Assembly: GCA_963666205.1 (NCBI GenBank)
Contig: OY762654.1
Span: 383,899 to 447,898, forward strand
Direction of reading: 5' to 3'
From: Synergistales bacterium
Lineage (GTDB): Bacteria; Synergistota; Synergistia; Synergistales; JAFGMB01
Length of the DNA: 64,000 bases
In this document: positions 44,422 to 53,304 of the stretch, one piece after another
How positions within the stretch are numbered: the stretch's first letter is position 1
Layout: every line of letters begins with the position of its first letter
Translations under genes and position numbers: made by a program
The notes under the pieces: generated by a model
Seen by the model: only the letters and a program-made list of their open reading frames with translations
What the model was told of the DNA's origin: nothing
Database searches by the model: none

Positions 44422-45982
44422 TATCTGTCCTATCCTCTCTGTGTTTTACAGCACCATATATCCATTTCCATTCATCAAAACCCAATCTGTAACTTGTAAG
44501 TCCAAAGGATAGCATACCTGTCAATATGTTCAATAAAAGCCATAAACATCTGATAAGAAGCCCTGATCCTGAAGGATATATCCAAAGATAGTTGCTTAAT
44601 GCCAGAGAAAGTCCCATAACCCCCAGGGAACAGATGAGTTTCACAATCCATGATAGAGACAATATACCAACCGGACATCCCAGAACTTTAGACATACGGT
44701 GATTTCCCACAAAAGATGAAAAGATAAAAGCCAGAGAGGTTGCAAGTGCAAGACCAGAAAAAGATAATATAGGCATAAGCATAAAACTTAGTATAATATT
44801 TGAGAAGACACTGGAAAGGGTTACCAGCATGGCGTCCCTTGGCATGCTTCTGGCATAAAGTCCTCTCATGATAACAGTTGTACATGCCATTCCAGGCAGA
44901 CCTATAGTATACATGGCAAGGGCACTTGCAGTAGCATGCCATGCCCAGTCATTAAATGCTCCCCTATGAAAAAGAATATGAACAATCTGCTCTGAAAGAA
45001 AAATTAAACCGACTGTCGCAGGGAGCACAATAAACAGAGTAAACCTCAGCGAATCGCGCATCATGATCCTGAAGTTATCCCCGGCGTTCATGGAACATCT
45101 GGAAAGCTCCGGGAGAACAGCCTGAGAGATTGCGATAACAAAAAGTCCCAGAGGCAGTTGTATGATACGATTGGCATAATTCAGTACAGAAATAGCACCA
45201 TCTTCAAGAAAAGAAGCAAGCATCCTGCTGATAACGGGATTGACCTGGTTAAGAGAAAGACCTGCAGCATAGGGGAGGAAAAGGCTGAACATCCTTTTTA
45301 ACTCTTTGTTTTTCATGTCGGGTCTGGAAGGTATAAGAAGAACTCCCGAACCGGCACTCCAGAACCACTGGAGGCCAAACTGGAATAATCCGCCAACAAG
45401 AACTGCTATGGCAAGACTCCAGACTCCAAACCCAGTACCAGTAGTTGCTACAATAACAATAAATATGATATTGCTCAGGGCTGGAGCTATTGCAGGAACA
45501 AAATAACTGTCAAGACTATTAAGGACACCCATGACGAGGGCTGATAGAGACATAAATAATAAAAAGGGGAACATGGTTCTTGTGAGAGATGTAGCCACTG
45601 CAAGTTTTGCCCCGGAGAAACCAGGTGCCATTATTCTGACCAGGAAGGGTGAAAAGAATATGCCAGAAAGGACTGTCACAGATCCTGCCAGCAGGAGGAC
45701 TGTCATTGCCTGTCTGGCAAGGTTTGCAGCCTGTTCTTTTCCATTTTTGACAAGCGTTTGCGAAAAAACGGGTACAAAAGCTGCAGAAAGAGCTCCTTCA
45801 GCCAGAAGTTGCCTTGTCAGATTCGCAAGAGTATATGCAACATAAAAAGCATCCAGTTGACCGGATGCTCCGAAGAGAGCCGCTGTAAGGATCTCCCTGG
45901 CCAGACCTAGTATTCTGCTCGCAAAGGTACCAACCATCATTATCATGGCGTGACGAACCATCTTGGAAAGCCTTGAGGTCAT
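44402..45982 (-). CDS. murJ: Lipid II flippase MurJ
   Basis: SRILGLARE, AEGALSAAFVPVF, YANRIIQLPLG; many TM segments. Confidence 0.96.
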   Translation of the reverse strand: MTSRLSKMVRHAMIMMVGTFASRILGLAREILTAALFGASGQLDAFYVAYTLANLTRQLLAEGALSAAFVPVFSQTLVKNGKEQAANLARQAMTVLLLAGSVTVLSGIFFSPFLVRIMAPGFSGAKLAVATSLTRTMFPFLLFMSLSALVMGVLNSLDSYFVPAIAPALSNIIFIVIVATTGTGFGVWSLAIAVLVGGLFQFGLQWFWSAGSGVLLIPSRPDMKNKELKRMFSLFLPYAAGLSLNQVNPVISRMLASFLEDGAISVLNYANRIIQLPLGLFVIAISQAVLPELSRCSMNAGDNFRIMMRDSLRFTLFIVLPATVGLIFLSEQIVHILFHRGAFNDWAWHATASALAMYTIGLPGMACTTVIMRGLYARSMPRDAMLVTLSSVFSNIILSFMLMPILSFSGLALATSLAFIFSSFVGNHRMSKVLGCPVGILSLSWIVKLICSLGVMGLSLALSNYLWIYPSGSGLLIRCLWLLLNILTGMLSFGLTSYRLGFDEWKWIYGAVKHREDRTDNDEKPE

Positions 45983-46028
45983 ACAGAAAACCTCCAGAAT
46001 TAATTCAGACTAAAAGGAGTGATTTAAG

Positions 46029-46505
46029 TTGAGTAAACCTTCTGTTGTCTTATGGGGAATTGGCAATCCCCTGTATGGTGATGACGCCGCAGGTACAGTT
46101 TTTGCCGATATGCTGAAAAAAAAAGAACCGGAATGGTTAAAAGTCTTTAAATGTGAAACGGTTCCTGAAAATTATGTTGCACCTTTACGAAAGTTATCTC
46201 CGGAAGTTCTGCTGATAGTAGATGCTGCTGACCTTGGTAAAAGACCCGGAGAGATGAAAAGAATGACTCTTGGTGACTTTTCAAATATATCTTTCAGTAC
46301 CCATGGAATTTCTCTTGAACTCCTGCTTGAAGGTATCAACTCACGGATAATTATAATAGGCATCCAGCCATTGACAAGAGATCTGGCCCTCGACGAAATC
46401 AGTGAACCAGTTCGTTCCGCCCTTGAAGAACTGGAAGATATAATTATCTCAAGAAACTGGGACAGGATAGAAGATCTTCACCATGAAAAACGTTCTCCCA
46501 GGTAA
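46029..46505 (+). CDS. [NiFe]-hydrogenase maturation endopeptidase, HycI-like
   Basis: GIGNPLYGDDAAG, ETVPEN, IVDAAD, STHG, IGIQP; RBS AAGGAG, TTG start. Confidence 0.88.
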   Translation: MSKPSVVLWGIGNPLYGDDAAGTVFADMLKKKEPEWLKVFKCETVPENYVAPLRKLSPEVLLIVDAADLGKRPGEMKRMTLGDFSNISFSTHGISLELLLEGINSRIIIIGIQPLTRDLALDEISEPVRSALEELEDIIISRNWDRIEDLHHEKRSPR

Positions 46506-47212
46506 AACTTTCTAGCCACATCACTTTCTGCAACATATTCAGGCGAACCTTCGATGACTATCTCACCTCGATGTATGAGATATGTCCTATCTGTTATCGC
46601 AAGTGTATCTCTGACATTGTGGTCGGTCAGAAGTATTCCATAGCCTTTAGCCCTTAGGCTAAGGATGATCTGCTGAATATCATAGACAGCGATCGGATCT
46701 ATGCCGCTGAATGGTTCATCAAGTAGAAGAAAGTTAGGCATTATGGCAAGACATCGGGCAATCTCTATTCTTCTTCTTTCCCCGCCGCTCAATGCATAAC
46801 CCGGAATATCACAAAGCGCATCCAGGCCGAAATCAAGGAGGATTTTTTCTACCGTACTTTCCTGTTCATTTCGGGAATACCCCAGTTCCTGCAAAACCAG
46901 TTCTACATTCTGTCTGACCGTCAGATTCCTGAAAACAGATGTTTCCTGAGGAAGATATCCTACTCCGAAGCGGGCTCTGCGATACATAGGCATTGTTGTT
47001 ATGTCCTTCCTATCAATAAGAACCTGACCGGAGTCAGGTTTGATAAGTCCCACAATCATATAAAACGTTGTAGTTTTGCCAGCACCATTCGGTCCAAGAA
47101 GCCCTACTATCTCACCCATTCTGACATTAATGTCAACTTTGGAAACAACAGTTCGCCCCTTATAGCTTTTCTGAAGTCCAACTGCCTGAAGAACATGTTC
47201 CATAAGGGTCAA
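46478..47212 (-). CDS. lptB: LPS export ABC transporter ATPase LptB
   Basis: GPNGAGKTT, YLPQE, LSGGERRR, LDEPF, ITDHNVR-like, FYLGE. Confidence 0.96.
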   Translation of the reverse strand: MTLMEHVLQAVGLQKSYKGRTVVSKVDINVRMGEIVGLLGPNGAGKTTTFYMIVGLIKPDSGQVLIDRKDITTMPMYRRARFGVGYLPQETSVFRNLTVRQNVELVLQELGYSRNEQESTVEKILLDFGLDALCDIPGYALSGGERRRIEIARCLAIMPNFLLLDEPFSGIDPIAVYDIQQIILSLRAKGYGILLTDHNVRDTLAITDRTYLIHRGEIVIEGSPEYVAESDVARKFYLGERFSW

Positions 47213-47958
47213 TTACCTTTTCCCTTTTCAGGGGTGACAACAAGGGAAGACTTTCCGACAGCTTCGATCCTGTTAGTTTCCGGGAACAACACAAGACTGT
47301 CGGCCCTGATTTTTCTATCACCCTGCAATGCCCTGGCATTACCTGTAACGACAATGGAACCTCTTTTTCTTGAATAGACAGCCTTTTCCCCATAAATAAA
47401 TGTTTTCTTACCTTTGACATCTTCAAGAATTATCCTCACATTACCTTCGGAAATGTTTTCTGTTATCTCTTTATTTTCAAGGGTTCCACTGATCCTGTTG
47501 CCGGAGATTTCAACACCCCTGGAAAGATCAAGAAACTTATCAACGCTAACAGCAATAAAGGTTCCAGCAGTTAATTCCAGAGTTTCTGAAATTACTTCTC
47601 TTTGGCCGAAGCGCGCCCTGATCTTACCCTTGAGGGCATAAAAGATCTCCGGGGAAAATGTGGCCTCGGCCATATCACAGGTAAAATATACTTCTTCCCC
47701 GGTCCAAATTCCTTCGCCCCTTACATTATTCCAGAAAAGAGCAGTAGTACCGTCAACAGAACCTTCACCCTTATCTGAAAGTATTTTCATACCATCTCGT
47801 GTAAGCATAACATTTCCTTCTGCATATACTACTCCCTTATCAGGGTCATATCGCATTATGTCAGAGGTAAGTTGCATTTCTCCAGCCAGACCTGCTGTCT
47901 GGCAAAAAAGAATAACAAGGAGTATTACAGTTCCTGCAAGCTGGGGCTTTCTACACAC
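47209..47958 (-). CDS. LptA/OstA-family periplasmic protein
   Basis: Signal peptide; repeated beta-jellyroll motifs AEGNV, SEGNV, VTGNA; directly upstream of lptB. Confidence 0.75.
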   Translation of the reverse strand: MCRKPQLAGTVILLVILFCQTAGLAGEMQLTSDIMRYDPDKGVVYAEGNVMLTRDGMKILSDKGEGSVDGTTALFWNNVRGEGIWTGEEVYFTCDMAEATFSPEIFYALKGKIRARFGQREVISETLELTAGTFIAVSVDKFLDLSRGVEISGNRISGTLENKEITENISEGNVRIILEDVKGKKTFIYGEKAVYSRKRGSIVVTGNARALQGDRKIRADSLVLFPETNRIEAVGKSSLVVTPEKGKGN

Positions 47959-48084
47959 AAAGCAACACCTGCCCTTTCATTTTTCCCTGATAATAGAGAT
48001 ATTCTAGCACAGGCAGTAACCAGATCTGCTGCGAACCTTTCCACAGTCCAATCTCCGCGGGGTCTCATACTTCGCCGGACGAAA

Positions 48085-48582
48085 CTACAGACTATTTTCA
48101 TCTATAAAATATTTCTTGAGTGAATCAACTGCATCCCTTTCACTGGATGAACCCACCACACATGTTATGGAAATGGAAGAAGCAACTATCATTTCCAGAT
48201 TTACTCCCCTGTCTGCAAGTATGGAAAACATTCTTGAAGGGACTTCAGGATGATTAGCGATTCCCGCACCTATCATGGTAACCCTGGCTATTTCAGTATC
48301 AAAGGTTACACCCTGGGCTCCAATTTCCCTTGAAATTATACGACATTTTTCTATTGCAGTTTCCATATCTTCCTTGCGTACGAGGAAGGCTATATCATTG
48401 ATCTGACCGCGCATAACGCTTTGAATTATCATTTCAGCCGTTATTTCTGCTTCCGCAAGTCCCGTAAAGATCTTTGCTGCAATACCCGGAACATCAGGTA
48501 CACCCAGTATGGCTATCTTAGCTGTGTTAGTGTCGGAGACAACTGCTGAAATAGCAAAACTTTCATCAACTTGCTTTTTCAT
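48085..48582 (-). CDS. Putative in-frame aspartokinase beta (ACT-only) subunit, 165 aa
   Basis: Internal AGGAGGG RBS (48593-48599) upstream of in-frame ATG at 48582, at the kinase/ACT boundary (MKKQVDESFAISAV...). Confidence 0.65.
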   Translation of the reverse strand: MKKQVDESFAISAVVSDTNTAKIAILGVPDVPGIAAKIFTGLAEAEITAEMIIQSVMRGQINDIAFLVRKEDMETAIEKCRIISREIGAQGVTFDTEIARVTMIGAGIANHPEVPSRMFSILADRGVNLEMIVASSISITCVVGSSSERDAVDSLKKYFIDENSL

Positions 48583-49290
48583 AATACATAAACCCTCCTG
48601 ATCTGAAAAAAATGGGGTAAGCCAGATGGTGATCTCATGTTTTTCCGCAAGTTCGATCACCCTGGCTGGAAGGATCTGGCCTCCTGCAACCTCGATCTCC
48701 ATACACTCCTGGTAGGAAATTACACTTCCATCTCTGATGCAGGAATAGAACTGTTTATCCTGTAATTTTGCGGCAAACCTGGTATCCTGAAAGAAAAAGC
48801 AGGATGAATCATCAAATGATGCGGCAAGTCCAACAGAAAGGACCTCTGCTCCTCCAAGGCCAAGGGATATGATTTTGCCTTCAGGACCGATGCAGAATGA
48901 ACCTGATATAACGGGGATGACCTCTTCTTCAAGAAGGGTTGCCACATTCTGTGGATCCAATTCCATTATCCGGCTTTCAAGAATATCTCCAGTAGAAACA
49001 AGGCCATAGGCATTGTCATCTATTGTCACAGAATTGAGACCTCTGCTCTTCAGAACTTCTACAAGCAGGTTAGCAGATGTTTTTATAAAAGCAGCCTGAT
49101 CTGCAACAACTGAGTAAAGTTCTTCGGATTTGCCTGACTTAAGATTTCCATGTCTCAGTGCAGGAACTCCCAGGATTATAATGATCCCGTATCCCATTGA
49201 CCTGAAATCTTTTATTCTTTCAATAATCCAATTGATCTTCTGTGGAGAATCGAGAAGATCGGAATTAAATTTAAGTATCTGGGTCGTCAT
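48085..49290 (-). CDS. Aspartokinase homologue with degenerate kinase domain and two conserved ACT domains
   Basis: Collinear with alpha2beta2-type aspartokinases (ISYQE..E...GGQIL..R.IELA; GVPDVPGIAAKIF; IGAGI..HP), but KFGGTS, VSAMG, GRGGSD and TDVDG are all altered. Confidence 0.8.
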   Translation of the reverse strand: MTTQILKFNSDLLDSPQKINWIIERIKDFRSMGYGIIIILGVPALRHGNLKSGKSEELYSVVADQAAFIKTSANLLVEVLKSRGLNSVTIDDNAYGLVSTGDILESRIMELDPQNVATLLEEEVIPVISGSFCIGPEGKIISLGLGGAEVLSVGLAASFDDSSCFFFQDTRFAAKLQDKQFYSCIRDGSVISYQECMEIEVAGGQILPARVIELAEKHEITIWLTPFFSDQEGLCIMKKQVDESFAISAVVSDTNTAKIAILGVPDVPGIAAKIFTGLAEAEITAEMIIQSVMRGQINDIAFLVRKEDMETAIEKCRIISREIGAQGVTFDTEIARVTMIGAGIANHPEVPSRMFSILADRGVNLEMIVASSISITCVVGSSSERDAVDSLKKYFIDENSL

Positions 49291-49309
49291 ATTTATCCCT
49301 CCAGAAAGG

Positions 49310-50236
49310 TTATGACTCTATATTGATAGTAATAGCTCCATATTGATCTTCGTCAAGAACAAAGAAGCGTGACCTTACACCATGGTTCGAGAATATGGAA
49401 CACATTACCTGGGCAATATCTCCTACCTCCGAATTTGAAAAAGCAATGACACTTGGACCCGAACCGCTTATGGCAACTCCTGAACATTCCGGAATCTTTC
49501 TCAATTGACTGAGAATATCTTCTCCTCCCGGAAAGAGTTTTGCTCGAAAGGGCTGATGGATTTTGTCACGCATTGCCCAGGGTAGATTTTCCCATCTTCC
49601 AGTAGCCCAGGAAGCTGCAAGTAGCGCTGCCCTTGAAAGGTTAAATACGGCATCCTTCAAAGGAACTACTTCTGGAAGAGCTTCCCTTGCAAGACGGGTA
49701 CTGACTTTAAAATCAGGAACAGCGACAATGGCTGCCATGGTTTTTGGGAGTCTGGGAAGCCTGACAAACCTGAGCTCCCGACCATTCCAGCAGCTAACCA
49801 CCATTCCACCAAGGCAGCAGGGAACTACGTTATCTGGATGCCCTTCTATTTCAACCATAAGAGACAGAAGATCCTTTTTTCTTAAAGGAACATCTCTCAA
49901 CTGGTTGGCAAGCATTACTCCACCGACAATTGCGGTTGAGGAACTGCCAAGCCCTCTTGATAGGGGAATCGCATTGATACTTCTCAACCTGAACCCTTGA
50001 GGCTTGAGACTCCACTGTTGACATGCTTTTTCATAACTTTTAACTATTTCATTCTCGATATCATTTTTCAGTTCAGAACTGCCCTCTCCTATTACTTCTA
50101 TTTCATACTTCTTTTCAGGATAGATCTCAAGTACATCAAAAAAGTTGTACAGGGAAAGGGCCAACCCCACAGTATCAAAACCCGAACCAAGGTTGGCACT
50201 TGAGGCAGGAACACGTATCCTGAATGGGACCTTCAT
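49310..50236 (-). CDS. thrB: Homoserine kinase
   Basis: VPASSANLGSGFD, PLSRGLGSSS (GHMP), EGHPDN, ISGSGPS; ATGA overlap with thrC stop. Confidence 0.95.
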   Translation of the reverse strand: MKVPFRIRVPASSANLGSGFDTVGLALSLYNFFDVLEIYPEKKYEIEVIGEGSSELKNDIENEIVKSYEKACQQWSLKPQGFRLRSINAIPLSRGLGSSSTAIVGGVMLANQLRDVPLRKKDLLSLMVEIEGHPDNVVPCCLGGMVVSCWNGRELRFVRLPRLPKTMAAIVAVPDFKVSTRLAREALPEVVPLKDAVFNLSRAALLAASWATGRWENLPWAMRDKIHQPFRAKLFPGGEDILSQLRKIPECSGVAISGSGPSVIAFSNSEVGDIAQVMCSIFSNHGVRSRFFVLDEDQYGAITINIES

Positions 50237-51279
50237 TGTTGCAGAACCTCCCTTAGTGACTCCCATTCAGCATTTATCTCTACCGGAGATGGAGCCTTCA
50301 GAAGAGCAGCATCCGGATCTTTAAGCCCATTTCCGGTCAGTACACAGACGACCTTGATGCCTGAAGGCAATGAATGGAGTTTCTTCAATTTAACAAGTGA
50401 TGCAATGGTTGTACATGAAGCTGGCTCAGCGAATATGCCGTCTCTCCCTGCCAGGTAGACCTGGGCCTTAAGGATCTCTTCATCAGAAACAGAAAGAAAT
50501 CTTCCCGCAGTCTGTTTAACGGCATTGGATGCCTTCAGATAACTTACAGGACATCCTATTCTTATGGCTGTTGCCACAGTTTCGGGATCAGAGATCATGC
50601 AGCCCCTGACCATGGGAGAAGCTCCTTCTGCCTGAACACCTACAAGCCTGGGAATAGCATTACATTTTCTCATCACGGCATACTGATTAAAACCATCATA
50701 ATATGCACTGATATTACCTGCATTACCCACAGGAACGACCAACCAGTCAGGTGAATCTCCAAGTTCATCACATATTTCCCAGGAAGCACTTCTCTGTCCC
50801 CATAATCGATAGGGATTAACTGAGTTGACGATGGCAATTCCCATATCACCGCTAGCCTGTCTGGCCAATTCCAGGGCCCTGTCAAAGTTTCCCTTTATGG
50901 CTATTACCCTGGCACCATATATCAAAGCCTGAGCCAATTTTCCAAGAGCTACATTCCCAGCAGGAAGGAGCACGAAGCAGGGTATTCCTGCATGGGCAGA
51001 ATATGCAGCTGCGGAAGCGGAAGTATTACCTGTAGATGCACATATCACGGCCTTTGCTCCTTCTTCAAGAGCCTTGGAAACAGCCATTACCATACCCCTG
51101 TCCTTAAATGATCCTGTCGGATTCAAACCATCAAATTTGGCATAAGCCTCGATCTCCAGATCATTTGAAATATTTTTCAGGGGTATTAGAGGTGTATCCC
51201 CTTCGCAAAGGGACAATCTTGGAGTTTTCTCAGTTAGTGGCAGAAGAGAAGCGTATTTGTTCAGGATCCCGTTACCCAT
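50233..51279 (-). CDS. thrC: Threonine synthase
   Basis: NPTGSFKDRG (PLP lysine), CASTGNTSAS, PVGNAGN, LTGNGLKDP; true start ATG 51279 behind AAGGAGG. Confidence 0.96.
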   Translation of the reverse strand: MGNGILNKYASLLPLTEKTPRLSLCEGDTPLIPLKNISNDLEIEAYAKFDGLNPTGSFKDRGMVMAVSKALEEGAKAVICASTGNTSASAAAYSAHAGIPCFVLLPAGNVALGKLAQALIYGARVIAIKGNFDRALELARQASGDMGIAIVNSVNPYRLWGQRSASWEICDELGDSPDWLVVPVGNAGNISAYYDGFNQYAVMRKCNAIPRLVGVQAEGASPMVRGCMISDPETVATAIRIGCPVSYLKASNAVKQTAGRFLSVSDEEILKAQVYLAGRDGIFAEPASCTTIASLVKLKKLHSLPSGIKVVCVLTGNGLKDPDAALLKAPSPVEINAEWESLREVLQQ

Positions 51280-51297
51280 AGGCCATTCCTCCTTAAA

Positions 51298-51552
51298 AAT
51301 AAAATAACCCACGTATCTCCTCTGACGGAGACGACGTGGGTTACTGATCGCGGTTCCACTCCATTTCCGGAAAGAAACAAACCCTTTCCGACACTCTATA
51401 AGCTGTAAGGGGCTAACCCCGGTCACCTTATCCATTGCGGCTTCGGTACCCGTTCAAGGGTGGTATTCGCTTCACATCTCTGAAAAGGTCTTCCAGCCTG
51501 GGACCTCTCTCTCTGTTCAGAGGACAGTAAAGCTACTCTCCCTATCATCACG
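51298..51552 (-). ncRNA. T-box riboswitch, threonine-specific (specifier ACC), with terminator
   Basis: Stem I with AGTA/GAA motifs, AGAGA and GCTG boxes; specifier loop GAA-U-ACC-A (ACC at 51462-51464); T-box AAUGGAGUGGAACCGCG (51349-51366); terminator UAACCCACGU...ACGUGGGUUA-UUUU. Confidence 0.92.
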
Positions 51553-51571
51553 TATATTGATTTAAAGTGAA

Positions 51572-51600
51572 TATATACAGGCAAATTACCCGGTTGTCAA
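51572..51600 (-). promoter_or_regulatory. Promoter of the T-box/thr operon
   Basis: TTGACA-17 bp-TATATA on minus strand. Confidence 0.65.
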
Positions 51601-51612
51601 CTGGAAAAGACT

Positions 51613-52872
51613 TTAGTCAGAATAATCTTCACCATCTTTTTTTGTACCGGGGGCAGTGAATTGTGAAAATTCTGAACGCAGATTGATTATTTTTCTTTCG
51701 GGAGCGCTATTATGGTCATTACGCCTTCCAATAACTTCAAGAACTTTTTCAGCTGAACCCTCCGCTTTAAAGGCTTTGATAAATCTCTCAGCCCACCACT
51801 GAGTTTCTTCCACGATCCTGCTGATGACTTCTTCCTTTTCATTCATGATCATTTCACCCATTGGCAGGTTGGCTTTTTTATAATTACCATCCTTACGGCT
51901 ATAACCCTGTGCATCACACCAGGCAACCAGTTTTTGCCATAATTCTGCAGAAACACCTCTGTCATTTTCTTTAATATACGATCCATCTTCGATGACTGCA
52001 TTCCCTGTTTCAGGATCCATCCTGACACCATAGACTATATTCTGGAAAAGAGTAGCAACATTACCCTTTCTTATACCATAGTCCGCAAACCTTGATACCT
52101 TCTCTATAGCAGTACCGGAAATACCATGTTGGGCTATTGAAACACCATAAGGATCGATAACTTGTGCGATTTCGGCGGTTCTTTGAAGGTCGATGCCCTC
52201 ATATTCACCTGAAGAAGCATCATAGGTGCCATGGAGACTTCCGTTAGAGATGGCGAGAAGATCGGGATATATATTCCATGCGTTAAGACCTCCGATAAAG
52301 AAACGCGCTTCTTCTACGGTAGAAAGCTCTCCAGCTCCCTTTATCTCCCCTACCTCCACTTCAAGACCAAGATAAGGAGGAATGTTCATTGCGACATCAC
52401 GGGTGAAACAAAGGTTTTCCCAATCCGGTACATGTGACGCATCAACAGCTACAGAAGTCCATCCGTTTTCAATGATCTTCCGGAGATGAGATATGGAAGA
52501 AAGAAGGTCATTTCTGGACTTGATCGCATAATGATCAACATGCAGACCGAATATTGCACCATGACCAATCTCCTTTGAGTATTTCACAGCATATTCAGGA
52601 ATATTATCAAAGGTTCCCTTACAGTATGTAGATTCAGATTTTGCAAGTTCAATATATACCGCGGCATCAAGTTTTAGTGCAGCCTGGAGAACACCCTTTA
52701 CTGTAATGGGTGATCTGGCATTAACTGCAAGTATAATTCCACCGGTTTCTCTGTAGGCTTCAACAATATCTCTTCCACTTACAAGACCTACTTCCTCTTC
52801 TCCGTAAACTGCCTGAACATTAAGAGGCCTTTTCCCCAACATATCTCTGTAAGATCGAGAATTGACATTCAT
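51613..52872 (-). CDS. Class II fructose-bisphosphate aldolase family protein
   Basis: LHVDH, VDASH, EVEVG, GSLHG, QHGISG, KGNVAT zinc-aldolase motifs. Confidence 0.85.
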   Translation of the reverse strand: MNVNSRSYRDMLGKRPLNVQAVYGEEEVGLVSGRDIVEAYRETGGIILAVNARSPITVKGVLQAALKLDAAVYIELAKSESTYCKGTFDNIPEYAVKYSKEIGHGAIFGLHVDHYAIKSRNDLLSSISHLRKIIENGWTSVAVDASHVPDWENLCFTRDVAMNIPPYLGLEVEVGEIKGAGELSTVEEARFFIGGLNAWNIYPDLLAISNGSLHGTYDASSGEYEGIDLQRTAEIAQVIDPYGVSIAQHGISGTAIEKVSRFADYGIRKGNVATLFQNIVYGVRMDPETGNAVIEDGSYIKENDRGVSAELWQKLVAWCDAQGYSRKDGNYKKANLPMGEMIMNEKEEVISRIVEETQWWAERFIKAFKAEGSAEKVLEVIGRRNDHNSAPERKIINLRSEFSQFTAPGTKKDGEDYSD

Positions 52873-52980
52873 TTACAAATCACGCTCCCTGAGCAAAATA
52901 GACTTGATACTGCAATTAACCTATCATGAAAACATTTTCAGTCAAGTCCGAAAGACAAGAAATATTTTTACACCCGGGAC

Positions 52981-53009
52981 TTGAAGTCTGAGTAAAGCCA
53001 TGTTAATAT
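52981..53009 (+). promoter_or_regulatory. Promoter of tRNA-Gln/tRNA-Glu
   Basis: TTGAAG-17 bp-TAATAT with extended -10 TG. Confidence 0.6.
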
Positions 53010-53044
53010 ACCCTTCGCTGATTATGATATGAATCATTAAAAGT

Positions 53045-53118
53045 TGGGGTATCGTCTAACGGCAGGACACATGACTCTGGATCATGGAATCGGGGTTCGA
53101 ATCCCTGTACCCCAGCCA
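53045..53118 (+). tRNA. tRNA-Gln (anticodon CTG)
   Basis: Acceptor TGGGGTA/TACCCCA, anticodon arm CATGA-CTCTGGA-TCATG, GGTTCGAATCC, encoded CCA. Confidence 0.96.
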
Positions 53119-53125
53119 TATGCAA

Positions 53126-53201
53126 GGCCCCATCGACTAGTGGTCAAGGTCATCACCCTCTCAAGGTGGAGACACGGGTTCGAATCCCGTTGGGGCTACC
53201 A
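53126..53201 (+). tRNA. tRNA-Glu (anticodon CTC)
   Basis: Acceptor GGCCCCA/TGGGGCT, anticodon loop CTCTCAA, GGTTCGAATCC, encoded CCA. Confidence 0.96.
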
Positions 53202-53212
53202 TAATAACAACT

Positions 53213-53240
53213 AACCTCCTTGTTGCTGGGAGGTTTTTTT
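53213..53240 (+). terminator. Intrinsic terminator after tRNA pair
   Basis: AACCTCCT...GGGAGGTT followed by T-tract. Confidence 0.85.
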
Positions 53241-53304
53241 ATTTTTCAGGGGTGGAATATATCCTCAAGGACCATGATATTGGTCCAGTTTTAAACTTTC
53301 TGTA

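Noticed and set aside
51280..51435. N-terminal extension of thrC in the ORF track
   Set aside because: Region is the T-box antiterminator/terminator; the real start is ATG 51279 with a strong RBS
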